Positions 56,237 to 64,000 of a stretch of DNA of 64,000 nucleotides are shown here, piece after piece. The DNA lies in the IMG/VR virus record IMGVR_UViG_3300031998_000005. The stretch is one strand, 5' to 3'. The translations under genes and the position numbers were made by a program. Positions within the stretch are counted from its first letter, which is position 1, and each line of letters starts with the position of its first letter. The notes beneath the pieces were generated by a model, which had not been told where the DNA came from, ran no database searches, and saw only the letters and a list, made by a program, of their open reading frames with translations. This stretch comes from a virus. Taxonomy: Duplodnaviria; Caudoviricetes.

Positions 56237-57177
56237 TGCGTGTATTGCTCACAGCGGATTGGCACTTGCGTGGCGATGCTCCCGTATGTCGTGTGAACCC
56301 CGATGAATGGCTTGAAGACCAACGCAAATCGGTGGAACAACTCTACCCCATCGTGGAGCAGGAACACTGCGATGAGGTGTGGGTTCTTGGCGATATATTC
56401 CATCGCTCTCGCACGTCCACGGAAGCGACCAACCAGGCTCTTGCCTTGCTTGGCGGGTTCAGTCCTACGCCTGTGCGTGTTCTTGTAGGAAACCACGATG
56501 AACTGCACCACCAATATGAGAACCTGTCCAAGTCCACTATCGGGGCTATTTTCGCTTTGGCAAATGTGACCGAACTTCGTTCGGATTGGTGGTTTGACCA
56601 CGTGGACCACGAAAATATCAAAACCGAACTCCAAGCCTATCCGTTCGGGGCTGTTCCCGAAAAGATACCCGACTGCGATATTTGGTGCGTCCACGAACTT
56701 GTATTTCCCGACCAGGAATCGTTCCCGTGCGACAAGCAAGGTCATCCCATTGCTAATATCGGGATTACCGCAGAAGACCTTGTGAAGCGGTCTAATGCCC
56801 AACTAATCCTTACGGGCGACTACCATCACGGGTATATCAAGAAATTCAAGGACACGACGGTTGTCACTTGCGGGTGCTTGAACATACAGGCATCCGATAT
56901 GGACGATTACAAGCCCCGTTGCTATATCTTGGACACATCGGATTTCTCCATCAAGGAAATCCCGCTCAAGACTTTCGGCAAGGTTCATCCCGACCCGAAA
57001 CGTGAATCCCGACAGGAAATTGAAACCTATATGGAAGGGTTGCAGGACTTTGAAGTTCCGCACCTTGATTTCATCGCCAATGTGCAGGCTGCGATGGCAA
57101 AGGAAAAGGATAAGGCTGTTCGTGAAGCGACACAGGAAGTCCTTGATTCCTATGTTCCTGGTGTAAAGGACGAGTAG
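56236..57177 (+). CDS. Mre11/SbcD-like nuclease (gp47-like)
   Basis: ADWHL, GDIFH, GNHD, GDYHH. Confidence 0.88.
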   Translation: MRVLLTADWHLRGDAPVCRVNPDEWLEDQRKSVEQLYPIVEQEHCDEVWVLGDIFHRSRTSTEATNQALALLGGFSPTPVRVLVGNHDELHHQYENLSKSTIGAIFALANVTELRSDWWFDHVDHENIKTELQAYPFGAVPEKIPDCDIWCVHELVFPDQESFPCDKQGHPIANIGITAEDLVKRSNAQLILTGDYHHGYIKKFKDTTVVTCGCLNIQASDMDDYKPRCYILDTSDFSIKEIPLKTFGKVHPDPKRESRQEIETYMEGLQDFEVPHLDFIANVQAAMAKEKDKAVREATQEVLDSYVPGVKDE

Positions 57178-57224
57178 CCTGCTATATATTTATTAGAAAC
57201 CCAAACGAAAAGGAAAACCCCAAA

Positions 57225-57467
57225 ATGGCAAATGTAGATATTGAAAATATCAAGACCCGCATTGATGACCTTAAACAGAAAAAGGCACAGGCAGAGGGTC
57301 AAAAGAAAGCGATTGAAGACTCTTGGGAACGTGATTATGGCGTTTCCACGCTTGAAGATGCCGAAGCCTTGAAAGACAAGATTGAAAAGGAATTGGAAGA
57401 AAGCCGTGTGGCACAGGAAGAATACCTTACCGCTGCCGACAAACTCCTTACCGAAGCGGGTGTGTAA
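57225..57467 (+). CDS. Coiled-coil protein
   Basis: 80 aa heptad-rich; TAATG-coupled to the Rad50 C-half. Confidence 0.7.
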   Translation: MANVDIENIKTRIDDLKQKKAQAEGQKKAIEDSWERDYGVSTLEDAEALKDKIEKELEESRVAQEEYLTAADKLLTEAGV

Positions 57468-58045
57468 TGCTCGCACTTGAAGATTTACAGAAAAAGGTGC
57501 TGTCGGGTCGTGCCCACCTTGACCTTGCCGAGAAGAACCTTGCAGTAAAGCAGGGGGAACTTGACAAGTTGCAAAAGGACTGCGAAAGTCAAAAGAAGGC
57601 TCTCGCACTTTTGCAGGACGTGGCATCCAAGACCCAAGACCAACTGAAAGACGCTATCCAACAGACTGTGCAGGGCTGTGTGGACTTGCTGTTTCCAGGA
57701 TATGAGTTCAAGGTTAATTTTGTTCCCAAGCGTGGCAAGGTGGACGCTGAATTTCGTATCTGTAAGGACAAGGCTGAATTAGACCCGTTTGATTCTTCGG
57801 GTGGCGGTCTAGTGGACTCCGTCAGTTTCGCCTTGCGTGTCGGCTGTATGCGTCTTGCAGGCAAGCGTCCGCTCCTGCTCCTTGACGAGCCGTTCGGACA
57901 TCTGCGTGATGGCGAAGAAGACAAGCCCCGCAGGGAGTTGGGTCGTGTAGTCGCTACGCTCGTTGAAAAGTTGGGTGTTCAAGTGATTATGGTTGGCGAC
58001 GTGGCGGGAACGGACATTGACGCTGACAAGGAATATAGTTTCTAG
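57467..58045 (+). CDS. Rad50/SbcC C-terminal half
   Basis: Coiled coil, signature SSGGG, Walker B LLLLDEPFGHL; no Walker A. Confidence 0.85.
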   Translation: MLALEDLQKKVLSGRAHLDLAEKNLAVKQGELDKLQKDCESQKKALALLQDVASKTQDQLKDAIQQTVQGCVDLLFPGYEFKVNFVPKRGKVDAEFRICKDKAELDPFDSSGGGLVDSVSFALRVGCMRLAGKRPLLLLDEPFGHLRDGEEDKPRRELGRVVATLVEKLGVQVIMVGDVAGTDIDADKEYSF

Positions 58046-58254
58046 TGGAAGATGGGATTAAGACAACAAGGAATATCACGGATGAGGAATTTGAAGAACT
58101 CGTCCGCAGGGGTATGTATCTTTCGGAACGGAATGGTAAACCTTGCTATATAATTCCTGCTCGTGTAAAGTGGGAGGACTATTGCAGGATGGAGAAACTT
58201 GAAAACTATTTGAACACCCACTGCTTGTTGGAACTGCAAAAGAAACACCGCTGA
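58045..58254 (+). CDS. Hypothetical protein
   Basis: 69 aa, operonic. Confidence 0.5.
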   Translation: MEDGIKTTRNITDEEFEELVRRGMYLSERNGKPCYIIPARVKWEDYCRMEKLENYLNTHCLLELQKKHR

Positions 58255-58320
58255 TTTTACTACCTTGCGTTTGAGCCGAATGGCTATGTGTCAAACGAAC
58301 TTTATAAGGATTGTTGAGAA

Positions 58321-58524
58321 ATGGAAAACATCGTCAATGAATACAATGTGACCTGGTATGATAGGGAAGCCCACGAAACTTTTACTGCCACTTTTGGGGA
58401 TTTCAAGGGTGCGAAAGAACACGCAAACTTTATCAAGCAACAGGAATTGGGCGATAGTGTATTTATTACGGAAGTCAAGAAACATTTGCGGGTGATGTCC
58501 GAAGAGGAATGGGTAGATGGATAA
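58321..58524 (+). CDS. Hypothetical protein
   Basis: 67 aa. Confidence 0.55.
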   Translation: MENIVNEYNVTWYDREAHETFTATFGDFKGAKEHANFIKQQELGDSVFITEVKKHLRVMSEEEWVDG

Positions 58525-58735
58525 TGAAACCGAGATTGAATACATCACGACGGTGGAGTATGCCGTAAGGGTGTTCGCTAGTAGTCCTACCCTGTCCGAA
58601 CAGGAACTGCGACAAATCGTCAAGAAATCCGTTGAAGAAGACCTTGCCCGTGATAGCACGTCCATTAACGGGCAGTGCGGTGGTAATGGTTATTCCTATC
58701 GCTATGAGGCTATTTCTCCCGTAAAGGACAAGTAG
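58517..58735 (+). CDS. Hypothetical protein
   Basis: 72 aa with GAGG SD. Confidence 0.55.
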   Translation: MDNETEIEYITTVEYAVRVFASSPTLSEQELRQIVKKSVEEDLARDSTSINGQCGGNGYSYRYEAISPVKDK

Positions 58736-58736
58736 T

Positions 58737-58826
58737 ATGATTAAGAACATCTTGCTTTATGGGTCGGCATTTATTCTTGGGGCAGTCGGTATGCTGTTCC
58801 TGTGTATCGCAAACAAAGGAGTCTAG
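58737..58826 (+). CDS. 29 aa membrane peptide
   Basis: MIKNILLYGSAFILGAVGMLFLCIANKGV; AAGGA SD; fills the gap exactly. Confidence 0.5.
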   Translation: MIKNILLYGSAFILGAVGMLFLCIANKGV

Positions 58827-59903
58827 ATGAACTACCACGGAATGCCTGTTAAGGAATTTACGAGCAACTATCCTATGCAGTTTAAGGAACATACGGATAT
58901 GCTCGTGTGGAACGATAACTCGTCCACGGAAATTCCCACTATCGTGTATGCCCACGAGGTAATCTATTACGACCCCCGTGTTCCCAAGAACAGGGTGCTT
59001 ACCCTGTATGGGGAGCATTACGACCATTGTGCTGAAATCCCGAAAGAAACGGATAGTTCCCGCTATGCTACTTGCGGGGAATTGCAGGCGTGGCTGAATC
59101 TCCATCCCGAAACCTATGTCATCGGTAAGGCGTTCAAGGACGGGTTCAAGGAAACCCGTAGCACAAAAGCGACTGACTACCACCCGCATCCCGCGGCTGT
59201 AAATCGCCCCTGTAATGACAGTGGTATGTTCAATGTGTCGGGTATCTTGTTCCCTGCCAATTTGACAAAGCCGATGTTACCGACTACGAGCAACTTGATT
59301 TATGGCGTGGAAGACCTGTATGAACCGAGTGCCGAGCAGATACAGAAGAACGAAACTGCATTTACAAACAACTATTCCATTATCGTAGTTGAGCATAAGG
59401 CTGTTAAGGGTGTGAACCGCTATGCGTTCGGCAAGTTCCAGGAAAAGGAACAGGCTGTGTCCGTGGCGAACGGGATTATTGAATACTTGGGGGGCAACGC
59501 CTCCGAGGGTTCAAAGGACGTGTATGTAATCCCGACCGCAAGCGTCCTTGACATCCCCAAGTGCGACTGCGAAGATAATGTGAATGCCGAGTTAATCCCT
59601 GCTTATATTAAGTCTGCCTATTTCTGTTCTATGGACAGGATTATCCCGAAGAAATGCGACCCTATCACGGGTATCAGTATGACCGAGCGTGTCGCTATGG
59701 TGAACAAACTCCGTCAAGAGACGGAACGGGGCTTGATGCCGTGCAAGAGGGCACTTGATGAATGCGGGTGGGATTACGATAAAGCCTATGCTCTTGTAAA
59801 GGGTCTCCCGCCCGTCAAGGCTTCCCCGCTTGATACGGTCCGTGCTGAAATTGCCAAGCGTTGCGAGGACGATAATCCTTTTATGCCGAAGGTGTGGATG
59901 TGA
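58827..59903 (+). CDS. Protein with C-terminal EF-Ts N-domain (UBA)-like module
   Basis: AMVNKLRQETERGLMPCKRALDECGWDYDKA versus EF-Ts [21 protein letters not shown]. Confidence 0.7.
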   Translation: MNYHGMPVKEFTSNYPMQFKEHTDMLVWNDNSSTEIPTIVYAHEVIYYDPRVPKNRVLTLYGEHYDHCAEIPKETDSSRYATCGELQAWLNLHPETYVIGKAFKDGFKETRSTKATDYHPHPAAVNRPCNDSGMFNVSGILFPANLTKPMLPTTSNLIYGVEDLYEPSAEQIQKNETAFTNNYSIIVVEHKAVKGVNRYAFGKFQEKEQAVSVANGIIEYLGGNASEGSKDVYVIPTASVLDIPKCDCEDNVNAELIPAYIKSAYFCSMDRIIPKKCDPITGISMTERVAMVNKLRQETERGLMPCKRALDECGWDYDKAYALVKGLPPVKASPLDTVRAEIAKRCEDDNPFMPKVWM

Positions 59904-60106
59904 TGGACGGGGTTTGCAGTCGTTGTCATAGGAAACCCGCCCGATACCATAACACATTGGATATGGGCGGTAGTCTTACGTTCGTGGCTGATACCGATGG
60001 GAATAGTTGCCACGTGGAAGATTTGCATACCTACACGGAATGCAACCTGTGTGAAGATTGCCAACAGAAACTGCAAGAGTTTATGAACGGGGGTTTTCCG
60101 TGCTAG
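59894..60106 (+). CDS. Small Zn-binding protein
   Basis: CSRC...LCEDC. Confidence 0.6.
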   Translation: MDVMDGVCSRCHRKPARYHNTLDMGGSLTFVADTDGNSCHVEDLHTYTECNLCEDCQQKLQEFMNGGFPC

Positions 60107-60108
60107 AA

Positions 60109-60966
60109 ATGAAACCCCTGTTCAATCTGCCGAAACCCCGCAAGCATACCTCGCAGTGCCAAGGTAATGCCATACACGTTTTGGACCTTGACCAATACTA
60201 CACCCCCGATGACGTAGCCGTGGAGTGCGTCAAGATAATCAAGGGGCTAGGTTTGCCCATAACTGAAATGTTTGAAGCGTCTGCGGGCGAGGGGGCGTTT
60301 ATCCGAGCGTCCAAGGCTGTTATGCCCGACATCCCCATCAAGGCGGTGGACATTGAGCCGAAAGCCGATGGTATTACGCAGGCTGATTTCTTGAAGGTCT
60401 ATATGCTCTACAAGCAGGGCAGAATGTTCCTTGGAAATCCCCCGTTCGGGTCAAGGCTTTCCTTGGCTGTCAAGTTCTTCAAGCGGTGCGTAGCCCTTGG
60501 GGATTATGTTGCTTGGATTTTGCCTATTTCGCAGTTCAACAGCAACAGCCTGTATGAGTTTGACCTTGTGCATAGCCAAGACATCGGGGAAATCGTGTTT
60601 TCGGGGCAAAAGCCGGTCCGTTGCTGTTTCAACGTGTATAGGCGACCCGCCAACGGGAACTTGAATCCGAACCCCGTTGAGGATTGTTCGGTCGTAAAGT
60701 TTATGCGTTCCGACAATCCGAACTATGCCACGTTCCAATACGATTTTCGGATTTGCACTTGGGGTGGTTCTACGGGCAAGGTTCTGGAAGATGGCGAACC
60801 CGACTACGCCTCCACCTATCGGGTAAAGGTCGCCCCCGAATATCTTGAACGGGTAAAGGAAATCCTGCGGAATGCCGATTGGAAAAAGGAAAGACCTAGC
60901 GTGTCCTGTAAGAAATTGAATAAGGCTACCATCGTGGCTGTCTTGAAGAAGAATGGCATTCCGTGA
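60109..60966 (+). CDS. N6-adenine DNA methyltransferase-like protein
   Basis: DQYYTP, EASAGEGAF, DIEP, DFL, GNPPFG; likely start ATG 60109. Confidence 0.82.
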   Translation: MKPLFNLPKPRKHTSQCQGNAIHVLDLDQYYTPDDVAVECVKIIKGLGLPITEMFEASAGEGAFIRASKAVMPDIPIKAVDIEPKADGITQADFLKVYMLYKQGRMFLGNPPFGSRLSLAVKFFKRCVALGDYVAWILPISQFNSNSLYEFDLVHSQDIGEIVFSGQKPVRCCFNVYRRPANGNLNPNPVEDCSVVKFMRSDNPNYATFQYDFRICTWGGSTGKVLEDGEPDYASTYRVKVAPEYLERVKEILRNADWKKERPSVSCKKLNKATIVAVLKKNGIP

Positions 60967-60987
60967 TAGTTTCGTGCTATATATCTA

Positions 60988-62304
60988 TTGAAGACCAAAG
61001 GAAAACCGATTGTGATTACCAAGATTAAACTCCATAATTTTCAGTGCCACCGAAATCTTGAACTAGACCTGGGGCGTTCTACTGTTTTGCAGGGTGGTTC
61101 TAACCACGGAAAGACTGCCGTTCTCCGTGCCTTCTATTGGGTCTTGTTTAACGAAGCACCCCACGACTTTGTGTCCTATTGGGTGCAGAAAAAACTGAAA
61201 AAAGGATTCGCTTTCAAGGATGACGCTTATACGTCTGTCGTGGTTGAAGTGGACGGACACGTTATTGAGCGTAAACGCTCCAATGACTTTAACGGCTACA
61301 TCGTGGACGGCACGATATACGAAGCACTCCGAACCGACGTTCCCGAAGCGGTCACCAAGATTTTCAACCTTGCGGACGCTTCCGTTCAAAAGCAGTTTGA
61401 CGTTCCGTTCCTGCTTGCGGAAACCCCTGGTGAAGCCTCCCGCTATTTGAACTCCCTTGCGGGTCTTGAATGCGTAGATGAAATCCTGTCCATCGCCAAG
61501 CGTAAAGTTGCCGAAACTACCGACCTTGTGAACGGGGCAACTGAATCCGTGGAATCTCTTGAAAAAGACGTAAAGTCCTACGGGTGGGTAAAGGACGCAG
61601 AAGACCTGTATGAGAAGGCTCGTGCCGAACAGCCCCGCATTGAACGGCTGACCCGTATGCGTGATAATCTTGCCCGCTCCATTGAAACCTACAAGGCGAT
61701 TAAGGACTACCCCGAAATCCCCGATTGGCTCACTATGGGCGACAGGACGGACAAGATACACAGCCTGGAACAGAACCTTGTAGCCGTGAAGAACTACGTG
61801 GAAACCTGTAAGACGCTCGCCCGTATCTCCCCCGCCCTTGATGGCATTAACGCTCTCGTAGAACCGAAGAAACCCAAATACGATGAAGAAGACGTTGCCT
61901 CGCTTACCGATAGCATACGGTCCTATCGCTCGTCCGTTTCGGATTTCAAGAAATTGTCATCGGTGGTTTCTGCCCTGTCCAAGTTGAAAGAACCTAAACC
62001 GAGCAAGTGGGATGGTAAACTCCGTCCGCTTATTCAGTCTATTCGCAACTACGGGGAGTTCGTGGAAACTTTGGACGGAACGGAGGCTGTCCTTGCCGAG
62101 ATTGCCAAGTTGAAAGAACCCAAGCCTTGCAAGTGGTCGGAGCGTGATTTGTCGGGTCTTATCCGCTCTCTCCGCAACTATCATTCGGCAGTGAATATGG
62201 TAGCGGATTGCACGGATTATTTAGACGATGCCTACGACTCCCTTGAAGGGGTAGCCTGCCCTGTCTGCGGTCGCCCGCTCTCCAAGGACACCTGTTTATT
62301 GTAA
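60988..62304 (+). CDS. Rad50/SbcC N-terminal half ending at the zinc hook
   Basis: LHNFQCH, Walker A GGSNHGKT, Q-loop QKQFD, terminal CPVCG; no Walker B. Confidence 0.88.
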   Translation: MKTKGKPIVITKIKLHNFQCHRNLELDLGRSTVLQGGSNHGKTAVLRAFYWVLFNEAPHDFVSYWVQKKLKKGFAFKDDAYTSVVVEVDGHVIERKRSNDFNGYIVDGTIYEALRTDVPEAVTKIFNLADASVQKQFDVPFLLAETPGEASRYLNSLAGLECVDEILSIAKRKVAETTDLVNGATESVESLEKDVKSYGWVKDAEDLYEKARAEQPRIERLTRMRDNLARSIETYKAIKDYPEIPDWLTMGDRTDKIHSLEQNLVAVKNYVETCKTLARISPALDGINALVEPKKPKYDEEDVASLTDSIRSYRSSVSDFKKLSSVVSALSKLKEPKPSKWDGKLRPLIQSIRNYGEFVETLDGTEAVLAEIAKLKEPKPCKWSERDLSGLIRSLRNYHSAVNMVADCTDYLDDAYDSLEGVACPVCGRPLSKDTCLL

Positions 62305-62337
62305 GCAAAATATAACATATTATATTCACAATGCCTA

Positions 62338-62398
62338 TTGACGGAAAGTAGGTATTTTGTTATATTCTGTAAAAACAGACCACTTTAACCGAGGATAG
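62338..62398 (+). promoter_or_regulatory. Sigma70-type promoter with conserved leader
   Basis: TTGACG-17-TATATT then CAGACCACTTTAACCGAGGA. Confidence 0.85.
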
Positions 62399-62402
62399 CA
62401 TA

Positions 62403-62606
62403 ATGGTAACTGTCACCGAAACAAAGCAGAACTTTCAGTCTTTCGTAGAAATGCTCAACGCTTCTATGGGTTGGGATAACAAGGTCACTATCGTGGGCGA
62501 TTTCGTCCGTGCCAACGGCAAGGAAGTCAATGTCTGTGGCTATAACTTTGCCTACAAAGTCAAATTGACGATGGACTTGTTGCAGGAAACGGGAGAATTT
62601 GAATAG
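62403..62606 (+). CDS. Early hypothetical protein
   Basis: 67 aa after strong promoter and GAGG SD. Confidence 0.7.
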   Translation: MVTVTETKQNFQSFVEMLNASMGWDNKVTIVGDFVRANGKEVNVCGYNFAYKVKLTMDLLQETGEFE

Positions 62607-62883
62607 TATGCAAGACCATCACGTAATTGCCATCTATTATCATAGCAAGGCATACAATGGCTCTAACGACATCCTGGTTCATTTTGAAGAAACCGAGTTG
62701 GACGCACATCAGTGGGTCTTTTCCCATTATTTCAAGGGAAGGATTGATGACATATCGGAGCAGATGGAGTTTATTGAACAGCACATCACGTTCGTTGAAC
62801 GCAGTGTTTCCGAGTGTCTAAATATCCTGCTTGAATCCGAGTCCTTGAATATCCTGCTTAAAGAAACACGGAGGCAGAAATGA
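62599..62883 (+). CDS. Hypothetical protein
   Basis: 94 aa, operonic. Confidence 0.55.
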   Translation: MNSMQDHHVIAIYYHSKAYNGSNDILVHFEETELDAHQWVFSHYFKGRIDDISEQMEFIEQHITFVERSVSECLNILLESESLNILLKETRRQK

Positions 62884-63056
62884 CCCCTTACATCATCTTG
62901 ACTATTGGCATCTGCATAATCGTGATGGGTGCTATCCTGTGGATTAAGGATAATACGTTGTGCTATTTGTTTGATGGTCAATATACTTGGGCGATATTCG
63001 GGGTATTCGGATTGTCGCTCGTTGTCCATTCCCTAATCTACATCAACGCAGGATAA
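62880..63056 (+). CDS. 58 aa two-TM membrane protein
   Basis: Not in ORF track; ATGA overlap, GGAGG SD, two hydrophobic segments. Confidence 0.6.
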   Translation: MTPYIILTIGICIIVMGAILWIKDNTLCYLFDGQYTWAIFGVFGLSLVVHSLIYINAG

Positions 63057-63066
63057 GGGGGCTGTT

Positions 63067-63537
63067 ATGGCTATTCCCAAGGATTTCCAGGAAACGATTA
63101 AACGCACCTTTGAGTTGTCTAGCACCCTGCTAGACCAGGCGTCCATCTTGAAACAGAAGGTGGATTCCATTGAACACGATAAGGCGGTTGCCGAACTGAA
63201 CAACAAGATTATCCGCATCAAGGCACGTGAGAATTGGGCTAATGCCGAAGTCCGCTACTACCGAGCCTTGAAGGGCGACCAATGGTGTGCTGCGTCTTTC
63301 TATGATGTGCGAGGACAGGTTTTTGTGGAAAAGCCATTACCGCCTACTCTTTACAAGGGTGACTATAAGCCTAACATTCCTCCTAGTTGCCGACATCCCG
63401 AAGATTGGGTTCGCATTTGGAGCAGTGTGGCTGAAAAACTCCACAAGTATCGTAAGAATCTCGTATTGCAATATGTGTATGGACGCAATCCCGCAGAAAT
63501 CTGTAGTTCGCCTACTATAATCATAAACAAGGACTAG
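63067..63537 (+). CDS. Hypothetical protein
   Basis: 156 aa. Confidence 0.6.
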   Translation: MAIPKDFQETIKRTFELSSTLLDQASILKQKVDSIEHDKAVAELNNKIIRIKARENWANAEVRYYRALKGDQWCAASFYDVRGQVFVEKPLPPTLYKGDYKPNIPPSCRHPEDWVRIWSSVAEKLHKYRKNLVLQYVYGRNPAEICSSPTIIINKD

Positions 63538-63541
63538 ACCT

Positions 63542-63745
63542 ATGTGGCACAAGTTTAAGGACGAGAGACCGACCCGTAAGAACCCTTGGGGTTTCCTTGT
63601 GGTCATTGAAGGTTGCACTGACCCCGTGATGGGTCAGTTTAACGAAGAATCCAAGCGGTTCTATGTGTTCTGCCCGCCCATCGGGAAAGCCATCCAAGTT
63701 CCCGTCAAGTCGTGGTTTGAAATCCCTGCTCCCCCGCAGGACTAA
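63542..63745 (+). CDS. DUF551-like small protein
   Basis: MWHKFKDERP...VKSWFEIPAPP. Confidence 0.6.
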   Translation: MWHKFKDERPTRKNPWGFLVVIEGCTDPVMGQFNEESKRFYVFCPPIGKAIQVPVKSWFEIPAPPQD

Positions 63746-63763
63746 TGTATATTTGTAGTGCGT

Positions 63764-64000
63764 ATGGACTTGAACCGAATTTACAACCAGGATTGCCTTG
63801 TCGGGATGAAAGAAATCCCCGATGGTAGCATTGATGCTATTATCTGTGATTTGCCGTATGAAGTTCTGCATAAGGACAATCCCAATGCTCAATGGGATAG
63901 GATTATCCCGTTTGAGCCGTTGTGGGAGCAGTATGAGCGTGTAATCAAGGATAATGGGGCTATCCTGTTGTTCTGCCAAGGTATGTTTACTGCGAAACTT
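63764..64000 (+). CDS. N4/N6 DNA methyltransferase (beta class), truncated at window edge
   Basis: IYNQDCLVGMKEIPDGSIDAIICDLPY...WD...RVIKDNGAILLF. Confidence 0.88.
   Translation, partial: MDLNRIYNQDCLVGMKEIPDGSIDAIICDLPYEVLHKDNPNAQWDRIIPFEPLWEQYERVIKDNGAILLFCQGMFTAKL

Noticed and set aside
1-64000. Stop-codon reassignment
   Set aside because: Genes are full length in the standard code and TAA, TAG and TGA all end tightly packed genes

Overview
A 64 kb fragment of a large tailed (myovirus-like) phage genome with T4-type head assembly genes, using the standard genetic code. Positions 1 to about 54,130 are mostly on the minus strand. They hold a scaffold-like protein, a gp21-like prohead protease, neck/baseplate/tail genes, a glycan-synthesis island, a lysis cluster, a Tad1-like sponge, RuvC, two exonucleases, the portal, the large terminase plus a degenerate membrane-anchored paralog of it, and a hairpin-rich origin-like region. 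After back-to-back sigma70 promoters at about 54.15 kb the plus strand carries early/recombination genes: Mre11, a Rad50 split into separate genes, an Acb4/PGDYG-like protein, an EF-Ts-like domain protein and two DNA methyltransferases. The strongest unexplained signal is in two blocks (0.9-7.6 kb around the protease and 45-53.9 kb) of about 17 mostly unrelated, mostly acidic proteins. They share short leaders (M-x2-4-[ML/F]-[KST]-I-[KRT]-[VL]-H-E, or C-S-M-Q-K-K-x-E-S) and ESKK[KSQ]E[AS] linkers, a linker that also follows the protease's own catalytic domain. I infer a capsid-targeting plus protease-processing system that loads many cargo proteins and polyproteins into the head. Family assignments rest on motifs recalled from memory; no searches were run and the host is not identified.
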